A stretch of 64,000 nucleotides of DNA from a virus (IMGVR_UViG_3300029746_000007:19505-83504), one strand, 5' to 3'; positions 36,934 to 46,880 are shown, counted from the stretch's first letter. Numbers and translations: made by a program. Notes: generated from the sequence alone by a model not told the origin.

Positions 36934-37407
36934 TTGGAGACAGAAATGAATATAGAAAGATATATAGTAAAGGCAAAGACGCTTAGAACTAGAGAATGGG
37001 TAACTGGTTATTATTACAAAATAGCAGAAACAACACATTGTCCGATTGGTGATTGTTCTCCTGTTCCGGTACATCATTACATATTACATGAGACAATGAC
37101 CGATTGGGAACTACCAAATCAAATGTTACAGTATGAAATCGACCAGGATACAATTTGTCAATGTGTTGGATTTGAAGACAAGAACAAGAAAATGATTTGG
37201 GAGAACGATATTATTCATTGTACTACTATTGATTGCGAAGAGTATGCATGGCAAATAGTTTGGGATAAAGAAGAATTTGGCTTTAAAGCGACAAACGGCA
37301 AAGAAAATTACGGAACAGAATTTGGATATTTACCGTGTCTGGAAGACATTAAAATTGTAGGAAATATTTTCGATAATCCAGAATTATTAAGAGGGAGAAT
37401 AGCATGA
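36934..37407 (+). CDS. hypothetical protein
   Basis: plus-strand ORF. Confidence 0.45.
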   Translation: METEMNIERYIVKAKTLRTREWVTGYYYKIAETTHCPIGDCSPVPVHHYILHETMTDWELPNQMLQYEIDQDTICQCVGFEDKNKKMIWENDIIHCTTIDCEEYAWQIVWDKEEFGFKATNGKENYGTEFGYLPCLEDIKIVGNIFDNPELLRGRIA

Positions 37408-37652
37408 GTAAGAACAAAGATTTGTTTGATCTTCTGAATTGGATAGATAAACAATGCAACTTATGCGAAGAAAATCTAGAAAAAGAAAAAACCTTTTTAG
37501 CGGTAGCAGAAAAAGAATGTATTGAAGACGATGAGCAATTTATTATTGAAAAAGCCAAGAAAAGGATAATTAAATGGGAAAACAGACTGGATGCATATCA
37601 GGCGGTAGAGAATCATATCGAAGAACTGATTTGGAAAGATAGAAAAAGATGA
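37404..37652 (+). CDS. hypothetical protein
   Basis: ATGA overlap with the upstream gene. Confidence 0.4.
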   Translation: MSKNKDLFDLLNWIDKQCNLCEENLEKEKTFLAVAEKECIEDDEQFIIEKAKKRIIKWENRLDAYQAVENHIEELIWKDRKR

Positions 37653-37840
37653 ACCTTATTATATTAGAACTATGCATATTATTATTTCTATCAACAGCGC
37701 TCATTATATTTATTTATTGCATACTAGAGGGAGGAAGTACTGTAGAGTCATTTCTAATCTCAATTGTATGTGGAATAATATTCGAGTTGTTTACTTTTAT
37801 GATCATTTTAGCGATATGTAAAATAATAAAAATTATATAA
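37649..37840 (+). CDS. small membrane protein (2-3 TM helices, holin-like topology)
   Basis: LIILELCILLFLSTALIIFIYCIL ... ISIVCGIIFELFTFMIILAIC. Confidence 0.4.
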   Translation: MNLIILELCILLFLSTALIIFIYCILEGGSTVESFLISIVCGIIFELFTFMIILAICKIIKII

Positions 37841-37857
37841 AAACGGGAGAGTATAAG

Positions 37858-38154
37858 ATGACAGAAAGAGAAGTACATATTTGGATGGACAAGGTAGGAT
37901 TTGATGAGTTTGAAAACACAGCCTATCTTTGTACTACATACGCAGAAACTAGAGTGATGATCGATGCGGAGCAAGAAGTGATTCATACTACGCAGCCACA
38001 TTTTTGCCAGTTTGAGTTCGGCAGAATTTTTGTGCATACAAATGGTGAAGTGCATGAGATTACAAAAGGTGAATGTGAAGGAACGGAGCGTGAAATTCGA
38101 CAGGCGCACAATCTTGAGAAGATGCTAATTGCCGGTGAATTTAGTTGGTTTTAG
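37858..38154 (+). CDS. hypothetical protein
   Basis: CGGGAGAGTATAAG RBS. Confidence 0.4.
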   Translation: MTEREVHIWMDKVGFDEFENTAYLCTTYAETRVMIDAEQEVIHTTQPHFCQFEFGRIFVHTNGEVHEITKGECEGTEREIRQAHNLEKMLIAGEFSWF

Positions 38155-38160
38155 GAGAGA

Positions 38161-38448
38161 ATGGTTATGGCAAGTATATATATCAAAGAAAATTTATCAA
38201 AACTTTCAAAAGAACAGCTTATTTATATTATTGAACAATATTATGATGCTTGTTTTATGATTAGTGAAACTCTTGTGGAAGAAAGTAAATGGCATATTGA
38301 GAAGAAAAATGCTATTGAAAAAATCAGAGAATACTTATCTGATACTCATATGGATTTGTATGATGATCATCTTGGAGAATATATTGATATGAAACAAGGC
38401 AAAATTTCAGGGAAAGAATATAGAAGAATTATATTAGGAGGTGACTAA
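38161..38448 (+). CDS. hypothetical protein
   Basis: TTTTAGGAGAGAATG RBS. Confidence 0.4.
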   Translation: MVMASIYIKENLSKLSKEQLIYIIEQYYDACFMISETLVEESKWHIEKKNAIEKIREYLSDTHMDLYDDHLGEYIDMKQGKISGKEYRRIILGGD

Positions 38449-38874
38449 ATGTTATTTGATTGTGAAGAGATTGTAGCACCATATAAAAAGACAATATATG
38501 AATATACAAAGAAAGAAATTGCGATTAAAGATTTATTATTGGAATCTGCACATTATAAAAATCCAGAAAACAAAGTGTGGTATCTTGATCAAATTGCTAG
38601 AATCATGTGTGGCAATAATTATAAACTTCTTGTAGGTTGTTGTTGTGAAAGTGGAGACGGATGGGATTGTGGTATCAGCCCACATCAAAGGAGTGATAAT
38701 ATGGAGAATAATATTAAAGAAGCAATTAAATTGTTAGAAAATAATGGATACTTTGTAACAAAAGTACCGGAAGATAAAGATTTATGTAGCAATGCAAGAG
38801 AATGTATGGAAACAGGACATGGAGAATGTATGGACTGTAGTTGTTTCGCATGCCTTTGCGGTGGAGATATGTAG
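38449..38874 (+). CDS. Cys-rich protein
   Basis: CGNNYKLLVGCCCESGDGWDC and GHGECMDCSCFACLCGGDM. Confidence 0.4.
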   Translation: MLFDCEEIVAPYKKTIYEYTKKEIAIKDLLLESAHYKNPENKVWYLDQIARIMCGNNYKLLVGCCCESGDGWDCGISPHQRSDNMENNIKEAIKLLENNGYFVTKVPEDKDLCSNARECMETGHGECMDCSCFACLCGGDM

Positions 38875-38882
38875 GAGGGTAT

Positions 38883-39131
38883 ATGGATTTTTATTCAGTC
38901 GATTGTAAAAGAGTGATATTTAAAAATGGAAAATGGGAAGCTAATAATCGGACAGAAATGCTAGTTGTGTTAGCAGAAAATGAAGAAGATGCGTTAAAAA
39001 AGATAAATAATAGTCTTAATAATAGGGAAACTGATAATGTGAAATATGTATTATCAAGTGAAATTATTCGTCGTAATGGTTTGCTTTTTGTAAGCTTATT
39101 TGGGGATGGCGATGTCGCTGTGCCTGTTTAA
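38883..39131 (+). CDS. hypothetical protein
   Basis: ATG at 38883 after GGAGGGTAT; the ORF track lists 38841. Confidence 0.4.
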   Translation: MDFYSVDCKRVIFKNGKWEANNRTEMLVVLAENEEDALKKINNSLNNRETDNVKYVLSSEIIRRNGLLFVSLFGDGDVAVPV

Positions 39132-39158
39132 ATATTACTTTCATGGAGGTGAATTTGC

Positions 39159-39587
39159 ATGGGATATGACGGTGGCATAATTATTGTAAAAAAGAAAGCT
39201 ATTGAGAAAGTAAAACATCTATTGATTGCATATTCTTTTTCAGACCTATATAAAAATTATTTATATATGTGGGAATATCCAGAAAATTATGACATTCCGA
39301 AAGACGAGGCATCAATCGTGGCAGATTGGTTCAGTGAAGATATTTTCGAAGAATACTTTATAAAAAAGCCTCTTGAGAACGATGAAGCAAGAATTGTCAC
39401 AAAAGATATCTATGAAGACTTCGTAAAATGGATTGAGAATAAAGTAAAAACTACAACGTTATATGATATCGCAACAAAACGGTTGAATGATAATATGGCA
39501 CACACTTATATAGATGCGTATAATTCATTAAAAGATTTAAAAATTGACTGGGATACAGAATACGTAGTTTTTAGAAATGATTGGTAG
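39159..39587 (+). CDS. hypothetical protein
   Basis: ATGGAGGTGAATTTGC RBS. Confidence 0.45.
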   Translation: MGYDGGIIIVKKKAIEKVKHLLIAYSFSDLYKNYLYMWEYPENYDIPKDEASIVADWFSEDIFEEYFIKKPLENDEARIVTKDIYEDFVKWIENKVKTTTLYDIATKRLNDNMAHTYIDAYNSLKDLKIDWDTEYVVFRNDW

Positions 39588-39597
39588 GAGGTAAAAT

Positions 39598-40026
39598 ATG
39601 GGAAATCCTAAATGGTCTTATGATGACATGGTGCGAGAAGCAGATAGAATTATTACAGAAAGTATGAAAGCAGATAAAGATACTCCAATAGAAGGCTTAG
39701 AATTAAGATTAAAGGCTTGCAATCATGACAATAACTTCTATTTCAACTGCGGAATTGCTGCGTCAAATGTAGCAAATGACATTTGTATGAATGGCAGTTG
39801 CGACGAGATGAATGCAATGGTTGGCGGATTCGCAATGTTTAAAGATTTAATTGAATTGGACGATTCAAATGGAGAAAAGGTCAAGCGCAGACGTATTTTG
39901 TATGGTTTCAATGATAAACCATATGCAATTAAAGGTGATTGTCCTCGCTGTGGCGATCAAGAACTTATATCTATATCAGAACAGTATTGTCCTAAATGTG
40001 GTTTAAAGTTAGATTGGAGTGAGTAA
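39598..40026 (+). CDS. Cys-rich zinc-binding protein
   Basis: TAGGAGGTAAAAT RBS; CPRCGDQ...CPKCG. Confidence 0.45.
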   Translation: MGNPKWSYDDMVREADRIITESMKADKDTPIEGLELRLKACNHDNNFYFNCGIAASNVANDICMNGSCDEMNAMVGGFAMFKDLIELDDSNGEKVKRRRILYGFNDKPYAIKGDCPRCGDQELISISEQYCPKCGLKLDWSE

Positions 40027-40028
40027 AA

Positions 40029-40343
40029 ATGATTAGTGCAGAAAAAATGAGAAAGTATTTTTCTAGAAAATATTCTGATAGAAATACTGCAAAAATGATA
40101 ACAAAAGAGATAAAAATTAATATCGAATATGGTGTAGTTGATCCTACATTTGTTGGAAAATGGTATAAGGGATTATCTGAAGGCACTATAAGAATTCTAA
40201 TGAAAAAAGGATACATCATAAGGGTTGGAGAAGATAGGCATGAGGGTGAATTAGGCGTATTATTTAGAGACGTTGATGAAGACAATTATATTGGACGGCT
40301 TTATACGTTACCGGATGAAAAATCTGTTTCAAATGAGGAATAA
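40029..40343 (+). CDS. hypothetical protein
   Basis: plus-strand ORF. Confidence 0.4.
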   Translation: MISAEKMRKYFSRKYSDRNTAKMITKEIKINIEYGVVDPTFVGKWYKGLSEGTIRILMKKGYIIRVGEDRHEGELGVLFRDVDEDNYIGRLYTLPDEKSVSNEE

Positions 40344-40348
40344 TTAAT

Positions 40349-40576
40349 ATGAAAATTGAGAGAACGAACAGAACAAAAAACTACAAAGATTTTGAGGTTT
40401 CAAAAGAAGTTAAATTGTACAAAGTCACGATGCCTTGCAGTAGATGTGATGGAGAAATGGAGTTTACTGGCGAAAGCTTTTGTACATACCCTCCATGTAA
40501 TATACATGAGTGCAACAAATGCGGATATAAAGAAGAATTTTTGGGTGTTGAGTATCCAAGAATGGAGTATAGATAG
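40349..40576 (+). CDS. zinc-ribbon protein
   Basis: CSRCDGEM ... CNKCGY. Confidence 0.4.
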   Translation: MKIERTNRTKNYKDFEVSKEVKLYKVTMPCSRCDGEMEFTGESFCTYPPCNIHECNKCGYKEEFLGVEYPRMEYR

Positions 40577-40615
40577 CGGTAGAAATTCCGCTTTCAACTG
40601 GAGGTGAATCATAAG

Positions 40616-40873
40616 ATGATTAAAGAATATTGTGATATTTGTGGAAATAAAGCAAAAACAAAGAAGTATTATTTGCCAAAACGCAAAGACAATGGGGACG
40701 TAGTAAAAACAAAGAAATATATATGTCAAGAGTGCGAAAGTATATTGGATGTATTCGCTAATAATTTTAAATCGTTGGCGAAAGATAAAAATATATATTA
40801 TTGCACATCAAGATATAGAATTTCTGTTGAAGACAATAGACCTATGACACATCCTTTTATATGTAGAGAATAA
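40616..40873 (+). CDS. zinc-ribbon protein
   Basis: ATG at 40616 after CTGGAGGTGAATCATAAG; CDICGN...CQECES. Confidence 0.4.
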   Translation: MIKEYCDICGNKAKTKKYYLPKRKDNGDVVKTKKYICQECESILDVFANNFKSLAKDKNIYYCTSRYRISVEDNRPMTHPFICRE

Positions 40874-40935
40874 AATCTTAGAGCGATTCGCTCAAAATTT
40901 CAAAAAAAATAACAATTGAATAGAGGTGAGAAATA

Positions 40936-41484
40936 ATGTCTAATTTGTATGTCTATTTAATTCGTTCTAGAAACAAGGACAACAAGAATGTTCCCAATTT
41001 CAAAGAACGTGCAAAGACTATCTTAGAATACAAAGAAAACGAGGATAGGATTATCAAAGAATTTCATAGATTTGCAGCGGATGGAGTTCCTGGCGAAAAA
41101 ACAAGATTATATCGGTCTGTAAATTCTAGAAATGAAGAAAAGATAAGAGAAGAATTCATCATTAGATTGCTTAGAGATAAACCAAGTATGACAAAGCTGA
41201 ATCGTACATTAGCTTCGGTTGCACAGCATGTAGAAAATCGTGATGAAAGTAAATGGTTGTTTGATTTCGACGTAGATGATGAAAAAAAAGTAGATGATTT
41301 TATCGATGATATTTACTTTTGTTCTGAAACAGAAAATCATGAATTGCATAAAACTCCACATGGCTACGCAATTGTAGTTCCTCATGGGTTTGATACAAGA
41401 GAATTGATGGATAAGTGGAAAGATTGTGAGATCAGTATACACAAAGATAGATTACTGTTCTTAGATATGATTGTGAAGGAGTAA
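40936..41484 (+). CDS. hypothetical protein
   Basis: TAGAGGTGAGAAATA RBS. Confidence 0.45.
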   Translation: MSNLYVYLIRSRNKDNKNVPNFKERAKTILEYKENEDRIIKEFHRFAADGVPGEKTRLYRSVNSRNEEKIREEFIIRLLRDKPSMTKLNRTLASVAQHVENRDESKWLFDFDVDDEKKVDDFIDDIYFCSETENHELHKTPHGYAIVVPHGFDTRELMDKWKDCEISIHKDRLLFLDMIVKE

Positions 41485-41490
41485 AGTGGA

Positions 41491-41841
41491 TTGACATTTG
41501 AAGAAAGAATACGTGAACATTGTCTACAATCAGACACTGTGTATGAAAGAGTCCTTTCGTTATCATGTGAAAAAGATTTGTATATTTTGTACCCATTGGA
41601 ATTAGCAGATGAGCAGATTCTTAAAGATAATATTCCAAAAATGTTGAAAGTAATAAGAGAATATATTCATGAATCAGAAACATATCTAAGATGTATGGAT
41701 AAGTCTAAAGAATTTTATTTTAATTCACAGATGAAAAGTTTTGTAGACGAAGCACACAACCATCAAGAAAAAGTAGATGAACTAGCTGAAATTATGAATG
41801 AAGGAATTAGTCCTTATGCTTGGGTTATTACAATACTATGA
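41491..41841 (+). CDS. hypothetical protein
   Basis: TTG start after GAAGGAGTAAAGTGGA. Confidence 0.4.
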   Translation: MTFEERIREHCLQSDTVYERVLSLSCEKDLYILYPLELADEQILKDNIPKMLKVIREYIHESETYLRCMDKSKEFYFNSQMKSFVDEAHNHQEKVDELAEIMNEGISPYAWVITIL

Positions 41842-41893
41842 ATGGATATATCGTGTTTTTGGTTAAAATTTAATGTTTAGGAGGAATAAATAT

Positions 41894-42364
41894 ATGATTT
41901 ATAAATTAGTATTGGGCGATTGGTCAGAAGATGGACATGGAATTTCAGAGGATTTTTTATTTGAGTGTAATTATGATGTACATAAAATTAGACAAGCGTA
42001 TAAAGATAGTTGTAGAAAATTAGGTGTTACATTCAATTATAATGAAGATTATACAGGTCTTGGACTAGGATATGGAAGCGAGAGACAAGTGTGGACTGAA
42101 TATGGAGAAGATGGCATTACCAGAACAGCATTTGAAATTTTAAATCAGGCTGGTTGCTTTGATGAAATTGATTACTACGAAGACAGAGATGAATATTACA
42201 TTGAAAAGGATGAAGACTGTGCGAAACTTATTATGAATTTTATTTCTTTGTCAATGCCGGAAGATTTTACGTATAAGCTAATTGAGCAACAGGATTATGA
42301 ATGTATCAATGGTTTTTGGAATGAAGAATTAAATCATCAGTTTGGATATGGGTTGTTTGATTAG
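41894..42364 (+). CDS. hypothetical acidic protein
   Basis: ATG at 41894 after TTAGGAGGAATAAATAT. Confidence 0.45.
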   Translation: MIYKLVLGDWSEDGHGISEDFLFECNYDVHKIRQAYKDSCRKLGVTFNYNEDYTGLGLGYGSERQVWTEYGEDGITRTAFEILNQAGCFDEIDYYEDRDEYYIEKDEDCAKLIMNFISLSMPEDFTYKLIEQQDYECINGFWNEELNHQFGYGLFD

Positions 42365-42503
42365 AAATAAAATGAATTGAAATTTTTCTTTCATTCGGTA
42401 GTCATGAATGCTGCGTGAAAGAGCAAATAATTAATTACATATGGAAGGAAAGTAGAGTAATTCTAGATAAGATGCTTACGTAAGCCTTGAAAAATAAGGC
42501 AAT

Positions 42504-42755
42504 TTGAGCAATATAAATGAAAGAAAAACTTCCACTGATGGACTTAGAGTGTTAAGTCTATGTGGAGGAGTAGAAACTGGATTATATGCTTTACAAAAGT
42601 TGGGCATTCCGGTGAAAGAATATCATACATATGAGATTCTGCCTGAAGCTATTGCAGTTTCTCAGTACCATTTTCCGTTTGTGGTACATCATGGAGATTT
42701 ATATAAAGCGGATTTTGATCAATTCAAAGGATTTGACTTTTCAGATGTCTTATAG
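42504..42755 (+). pseudogene. N-terminal fragment of a C5 cytosine DNA methyltransferase (motif I region only)
   Basis: LRVLSLCGGVETGLYALQKLGIPVKEYHTYEILPEAIAVSQYHFPFVVHHGDLYKADF resembles Dcm motifs I-III (FxGxGG-type loop as LCGG); the ORF stops after 83 aa. Confidence 0.5.
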
Positions 42756-42808
42756 ATACAATCCAGACACAGTAGTGAATACATATAAGAAATTCCGTGG
42801 CATGGATG

Positions 42809-43299
42809 GAGACGATATTGTAGAAAGTAGAATCAAGCCGGTTCTTAAATCTAAGATTTCGGAAGTAACAACTGATTATTCCATGATGGATATCTATTCT
42901 GGAAACAGATCTAAGATTAATTCTGATATTACAAAATATTTGAATAAAGATTTTACTAAAAAATACGGTATTGAAGTTCTTGATGCTTCGATTATTGATG
43001 TTCATCCAGATGATAAATTAAAAACTGCAATTGATAATCGTGTAACCGCATTGCAGGAAAAACAGCAGGCAGAAGCAGAACAGCAGAAAGTGAAAGTGCA
43101 GAAAGAGACAGAAAAGATTCAGGCAGAGACAGATGCTCAGATTCAGATTACAAAAGCCAATGCTGAAGCAGAGTCGAATAGAGTCATTTCTTCATCTATT
43201 ACAGATGAGCTTATTCATATGAAAGAAGCAGAAGCAAGACTTAAATTCGGATGGGTAACTACCACCGGAGCGAATACTGTTGTTGCTGATAACAAATAA
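42809..43299 (+). pseudogene. C-terminal portion of an SPFH/band-7 (prohibitin/HflC-like) protein
   Basis: GIEVLDASIIDVHPDDKLKTAIDNRVTALQEKQQAEAEQQ ... ANAEAES is typical of SPFH C-terminal/coiled-coil regions; the frame is open from 42757, right after the MTase fragment; first ATG at 42809. Confidence 0.4.
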
Positions 43300-43384
43300 T
43301 CAAAAATAATTCCAACCATACAGAGCCTAAAAACTCTGCATGGTATTCAAAAGAAATATAAAAATAGAAGGAGAATATACAAAT

Positions 43385-43744
43385 ATGAGGTCTGATTTGT
43401 ATTTGGATGATCCAAAATCTATGGAAGTAATTGGAAAGAAATTTTTGAAAGATGAAGACGTTCAAAAAGTCCAATCCAGATTAGCTTCTTTAAGATATGG
43501 TTCTATGAGAAAAGGACTCTTTTATCAGAAAATTAAAGAATTCCAGAAACAAAATGGTTTACTGACGGATGGATTGCCTGGCAAATTGACATTGCGAGCT
43601 ATGGGGTATTCAGATGAAGGGATAGAAAGTCTAATGAAAGTATATTGTTCTTATTACAAAAGTGCAGGTTTATTTTCTATAAAGAATGAATATCTGAAAA
43701 CTTTTTACGAGAATGTAAAAATGCTATTAGGAATAGGAGAATAA
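43385..43744 (+). CDS. peptidoglycan-binding domain protein
   Basis: VQKVQSRLASLRYGSMRKGLFYQKIKEFQKQNGLLTDGLPGKLTLRAMGY fits the PG_binding_1 pattern; ATG at 43385 after AGAAGGAGAATATAC. Confidence 0.5.
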   Translation: MRSDLYLDDPKSMEVIGKKFLKDEDVQKVQSRLASLRYGSMRKGLFYQKIKEFQKQNGLLTDGLPGKLTLRAMGYSDEGIESLMKVYCSYYKSAGLFSIKNEYLKTFYENVKMLLGIGE

Positions 43745-43761
43745 ATAATTACAGATAGGAG

Positions 43762-44799
43762 ATGAAAATATTGACTGTAGAGAAAATAAAGAAGAAATTG
43801 AACAATCAAGAATATGATTTCCTTAGGACGAATGAACATCTTGGAGAGAATATTATACTGCTTGGTCTTGGCGGTAGTTATTCATATGGCACAAATATAG
43901 AATCCAGTGATGTTGATTGCAGAGGTGTGGCATTGAATTCAAAGAAAGAAATTCTATTTGGGAACGGATTTGAGCAAGTAGAGAATAAAGAAACAGATAC
44001 CGTGATTTATTCATTTGTAAAAATTGTAAGTCTCTTGTCTAATTGTAATCCAAATGTAATTGAAATGCTTGGACTTAAGCCAGAACATTACTTATACATA
44101 TCACCAATAGGGAAAGAACTTTTAGAGAATAAAAAAATGTTCTTATCTAAGAAGGCAGTAAATTCTTTCGGTGGTTATGCCAATTCTCAACTGCGACGTT
44201 TGGATAACAAGGCAGTAAGACTTGTGGGACAAGAACAACGAGAGAGACATATTTTGAATAGTATTAATAATGCTTCTGTGAATTTCAAAGAAAGATATTT
44301 TCAATACCCAGATGATGCAATCAAATTGTACATTGACAAATCTGATAGTGAGGATCTTGATTCAGAAATCTATATGGATGTAAAACTTACAAAATATCCT
44401 CTTAGAGATTATAAAGCAATGTGGTCTGAAATGAATAATGTAGTAAAAGATTATTCCAAGATTGGTAAAAGGAATAAACATGCAATTGAGCATGGAAAGC
44501 TTGGAAAACACATGATGCATCTGATTCGACTTTATATAATGTGTCTTGATATTCTGGAGAATAAAGAAATAGTGACATATAGAGAGAAAGAACATGATCT
44601 TCTGATGTCGATTAGAAATGGCGATTATTTAGATGATAATAGACAACCAATTCCAGAATTCTTTGAGCTGGTGGATGAATATGAAAAGAAAATGGAATAT
44701 GCAAAAGAGAATACAGATTTACCAGATAAACCGAATTACAAAGCCATTCAAGAGTTTGTGATGAGTGTGAATGAGAGAATTGTAAAAGGCGAGATTTGA
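43762..44799 (+). CDS. predicted nucleotidyltransferase-fold protein
   Basis: LLGLGGSYSYGTNIESSDVDCRGV resembles the minimal NTase G[SG]x(9-13)DxD motif. Confidence 0.4.
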   Translation: MKILTVEKIKKKLNNQEYDFLRTNEHLGENIILLGLGGSYSYGTNIESSDVDCRGVALNSKKEILFGNGFEQVENKETDTVIYSFVKIVSLLSNCNPNVIEMLGLKPEHYLYISPIGKELLENKKMFLSKKAVNSFGGYANSQLRRLDNKAVRLVGQEQRERHILNSINNASVNFKERYFQYPDDAIKLYIDKSDSEDLDSEIYMDVKLTKYPLRDYKAMWSEMNNVVKDYSKIGKRNKHAIEHGKLGKHMMHLIRLYIMCLDILENKEIVTYREKEHDLLMSIRNGDYLDDNRQPIPEFFELVDEYEKKMEYAKENTDLPDKPNYKAIQEFVMSVNERIVKGEI

Positions 44800-44833
44800 C
44801 AAAGAGACAGTAAAGAAAGGAGAATACATAATT

Positions 44834-45262
44834 ATGAATTTTACGGAAGCAATTAAAGCTATGCAAGAAGGTAAGATATGTTTCAGAAAACTAGATCCAG
44901 ACATACTTTTTAAAATTAAAGATAGGAATACTTATTTCAAAGAGAAAGGATGTGAATGGGAATTAGAAAATAATATATTCGAACTGCCGGATTATATAGC
45001 AATCGATTGGGAAGTGTCTTCTAAGGAATATATAAAAGATGCGTCTGTTGGAGATATCCTTTTAGATAATGAAGAAGATATTTTAATGGTTGTAATTGAT
45101 GTGGATGGAGATTATTACTATACGGCAATTAACGAAAATGGATGTATAGAAACAATTGACTTGGATTGCAATTGTTATGAAAAAGTAGGCGAATATACAT
45201 TAATCGAAACTGTTATTCGGTTGTTAAATAGATGCAGAGAAGATTTAAAAAATAGAGAATAA
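44834..45262 (+). CDS. DUF2829-family protein (Tad2-like fold candidate)
   Basis: MNFTEAIKAMQEGKICFRK start and PDYIAIDWEV block are characteristic of DUF2829. Confidence 0.5.
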   Translation: MNFTEAIKAMQEGKICFRKLDPDILFKIKDRNTYFKEKGCEWELENNIFELPDYIAIDWEVSSKEYIKDASVGDILLDNEEDILMVVIDVDGDYYYTAINENGCIETIDLDCNCYEKVGEYTLIETVIRLLNRCREDLKNRE

Positions 45263-45307
45263 ATAAGTACAAAGTTTAAAATTTAAAGATAAAAAGGAGA
45301 AATTATT

Positions 45308-45946
45308 ATGACAAAAGAGACAATGACAATTCATCAGGGATTAGCAGAACTTAAGATTCTTAATGACAGAATCTATAAAACAGTTACAGAATCTACATTC
45401 TGTAAAGAAAACATCCATTCAAATCAGAAGATTAATGGAGTAAGTATTGAAGAGTTCAAAAAAACAGTCGTTTCCGGATATGACAAGTCCAACGATTTGA
45501 TTAAACGAGCAATCGCAATTAAGAGAGCAATTACGAATTCCAATGCAGAAAAACATCTTAAAGGAGAATATGAAAAATATACAGTTGCGGAAGCTATCTA
45601 TATGAAACAGCATGGTATTGCTTTAAAAGAAACTCTTTTACTAGAAATGAAAGATCAGTATGCAAAAGCTTGCAATAAGATCAATGATGAGAATGCCAAT
45701 GTTGCTGAAAAGGCAAAGATTCATCTGGATGGTATTTATGGTTCTAAAGAAGGTAAAATCAACGCAAGCGAATATGAAACCATGAGAAAGGCTTACATTG
45801 AAGCACATACATATGAGATGGTTGATCCAATTGGTATCAAGGATAAAATCGACGAACTGGAAGATGAGATTTCTAAATTTAAAGCCGGAATCGACGCTGC
45901 GCTGAGTGTTAGCAATGCAACAACAGATATCACTATTGAGTATTAA
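45308..45946 (+). CDS. hypothetical protein
   Basis: AAAAGGAGAAATTATT RBS. Confidence 0.45.
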   Translation: MTKETMTIHQGLAELKILNDRIYKTVTESTFCKENIHSNQKINGVSIEEFKKTVVSGYDKSNDLIKRAIAIKRAITNSNAEKHLKGEYEKYTVAEAIYMKQHGIALKETLLLEMKDQYAKACNKINDENANVAEKAKIHLDGIYGSKEGKINASEYETMRKAYIEAHTYEMVDPIGIKDKIDELEDEISKFKAGIDAALSVSNATTDITIEY

Positions 45947-46690
45947 TTCAATAGAGAATATATAAATAGGTAATTATTCATTGTTTACTGGAAACTTTAG
46001 ACTATGACTCATCTGAGTTTTTATCAGTTACTCCGATGTAAAAAGATAAACAAACTGATACATAAAGAATATAATTTTTACAAAACAGATGGCTTACTAT
46101 GCTAAAGTAAATACCAAATATTAAGATATATTAAGATAACAAAAGCCTCCGGCATGAGAAGTAAACTGCTATAAAGCTAAAAGTTATAAATCTCAAAGAG
46201 TAAAGTTAAAGATTCAAAGTTTTTCATTAGTACAAAGTTCAAACAGTAAAGATAAAAGATATAAAGATTTATAAAATCCCAGATAAAAGGTTGCGAGTAT
46301 AGTTGTAATTGACTTTGGGTTGTCCTCTGGGCTGGTAAATGGTGAATATATTATAAATAATGTTTCCTCCTGTATGATGATACACGGGATACAAATTTTT
46401 CCATACTAAATATATGAGAGTGGAGTATAAATCTCTCACATCAAAATCCAATTGGTTAAGCAGTGGGTTGCGATTGGCATCAATATAGAGAATATATAGA
46501 TGAAGAAACTACTGTAAATTACAATGGGCTGTGGTGAATAAGTAAACACATATGGCTTTGACCCATATATTAGTGGGGGCAGTACCCACCAGCCTAGTTT
46601 GTCTGAATTATCAATCAGACACTCCTTTCTAAAATTGATGCTTTATCACAAATAGGTTGGCAACTTACCTCATAAAAGTTGTAAGTTTCT

Positions 46691-46764
46691 GGAGCGTTAG
46701 CATAGTTGGTTAATGCATGTGCCTCATAAGCATAAGATCACCCGTTCAAGTCGGGTACGCTCCA
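46691..46764 (+). tRNA. tRNA-Met/fMet-like (anticodon CAT)
   Basis: manual fold: acceptor GGAGCGT/ACGCTCC, D-arm GCAT-AGTTGGTTAA-TGC, anticodon stem TGTGC/GCATA with loop CTCATAA, T-arm ACCCG-TTCAAGT-CGGGT. Confidence 0.6.
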
Positions 46765-46880
46765 TGAGAGATACTTGACCTTACACTTTTCCAAAGCACT
46801 CTGGAACAAAGGTTAGCGAAAAGTGCGCTTAAGACATTGCGTATTAGTCATGTGCGAAAACATGGGTGCGCTTATAATAC

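Noticed and set aside
42631-42756. N-terminal 42 aa of track ORF 42631..43299 (MRFCLKLLQFLSTIFRLWYIMEIYIKR...)
   Set aside because: This portion is simply the out-of-frame reading of the C5-methyltransferase fragment. The SPFH-like homology starts only after 42757.
196-45613. Numerous minus-strand ORFs in the track (e.g. 196..426, 569..751, 1148..1423, 3849..4136, 6471..6755, 7871..8242, 11706..12038, 13568..13897, 17058..17420, 17257..17550, 25630..26022, 25862..26203, 31821..32192, 31918..32286, 33133..33453, 41209..41442, 45419..45613)
   Set aside because: They lie antisense inside well-supported plus-strand genes, lack RBSs and are low-complexity Phe/Leu/Ile-rich translations expected from AT-rich antisense DNA. 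Only 19806..20153 is a credible minus-strand gene.
46526-46594. Possible tRNA (GGGCTGTGGTG...CCCACCAGCC)
   Set aside because: The acceptor pairs only 5 of 7, there is no canonical D-arm and the T-loop is GCAGTAC rather than TTCRANY. It is probably not a tRNA, though it may be part of another structured RNA.
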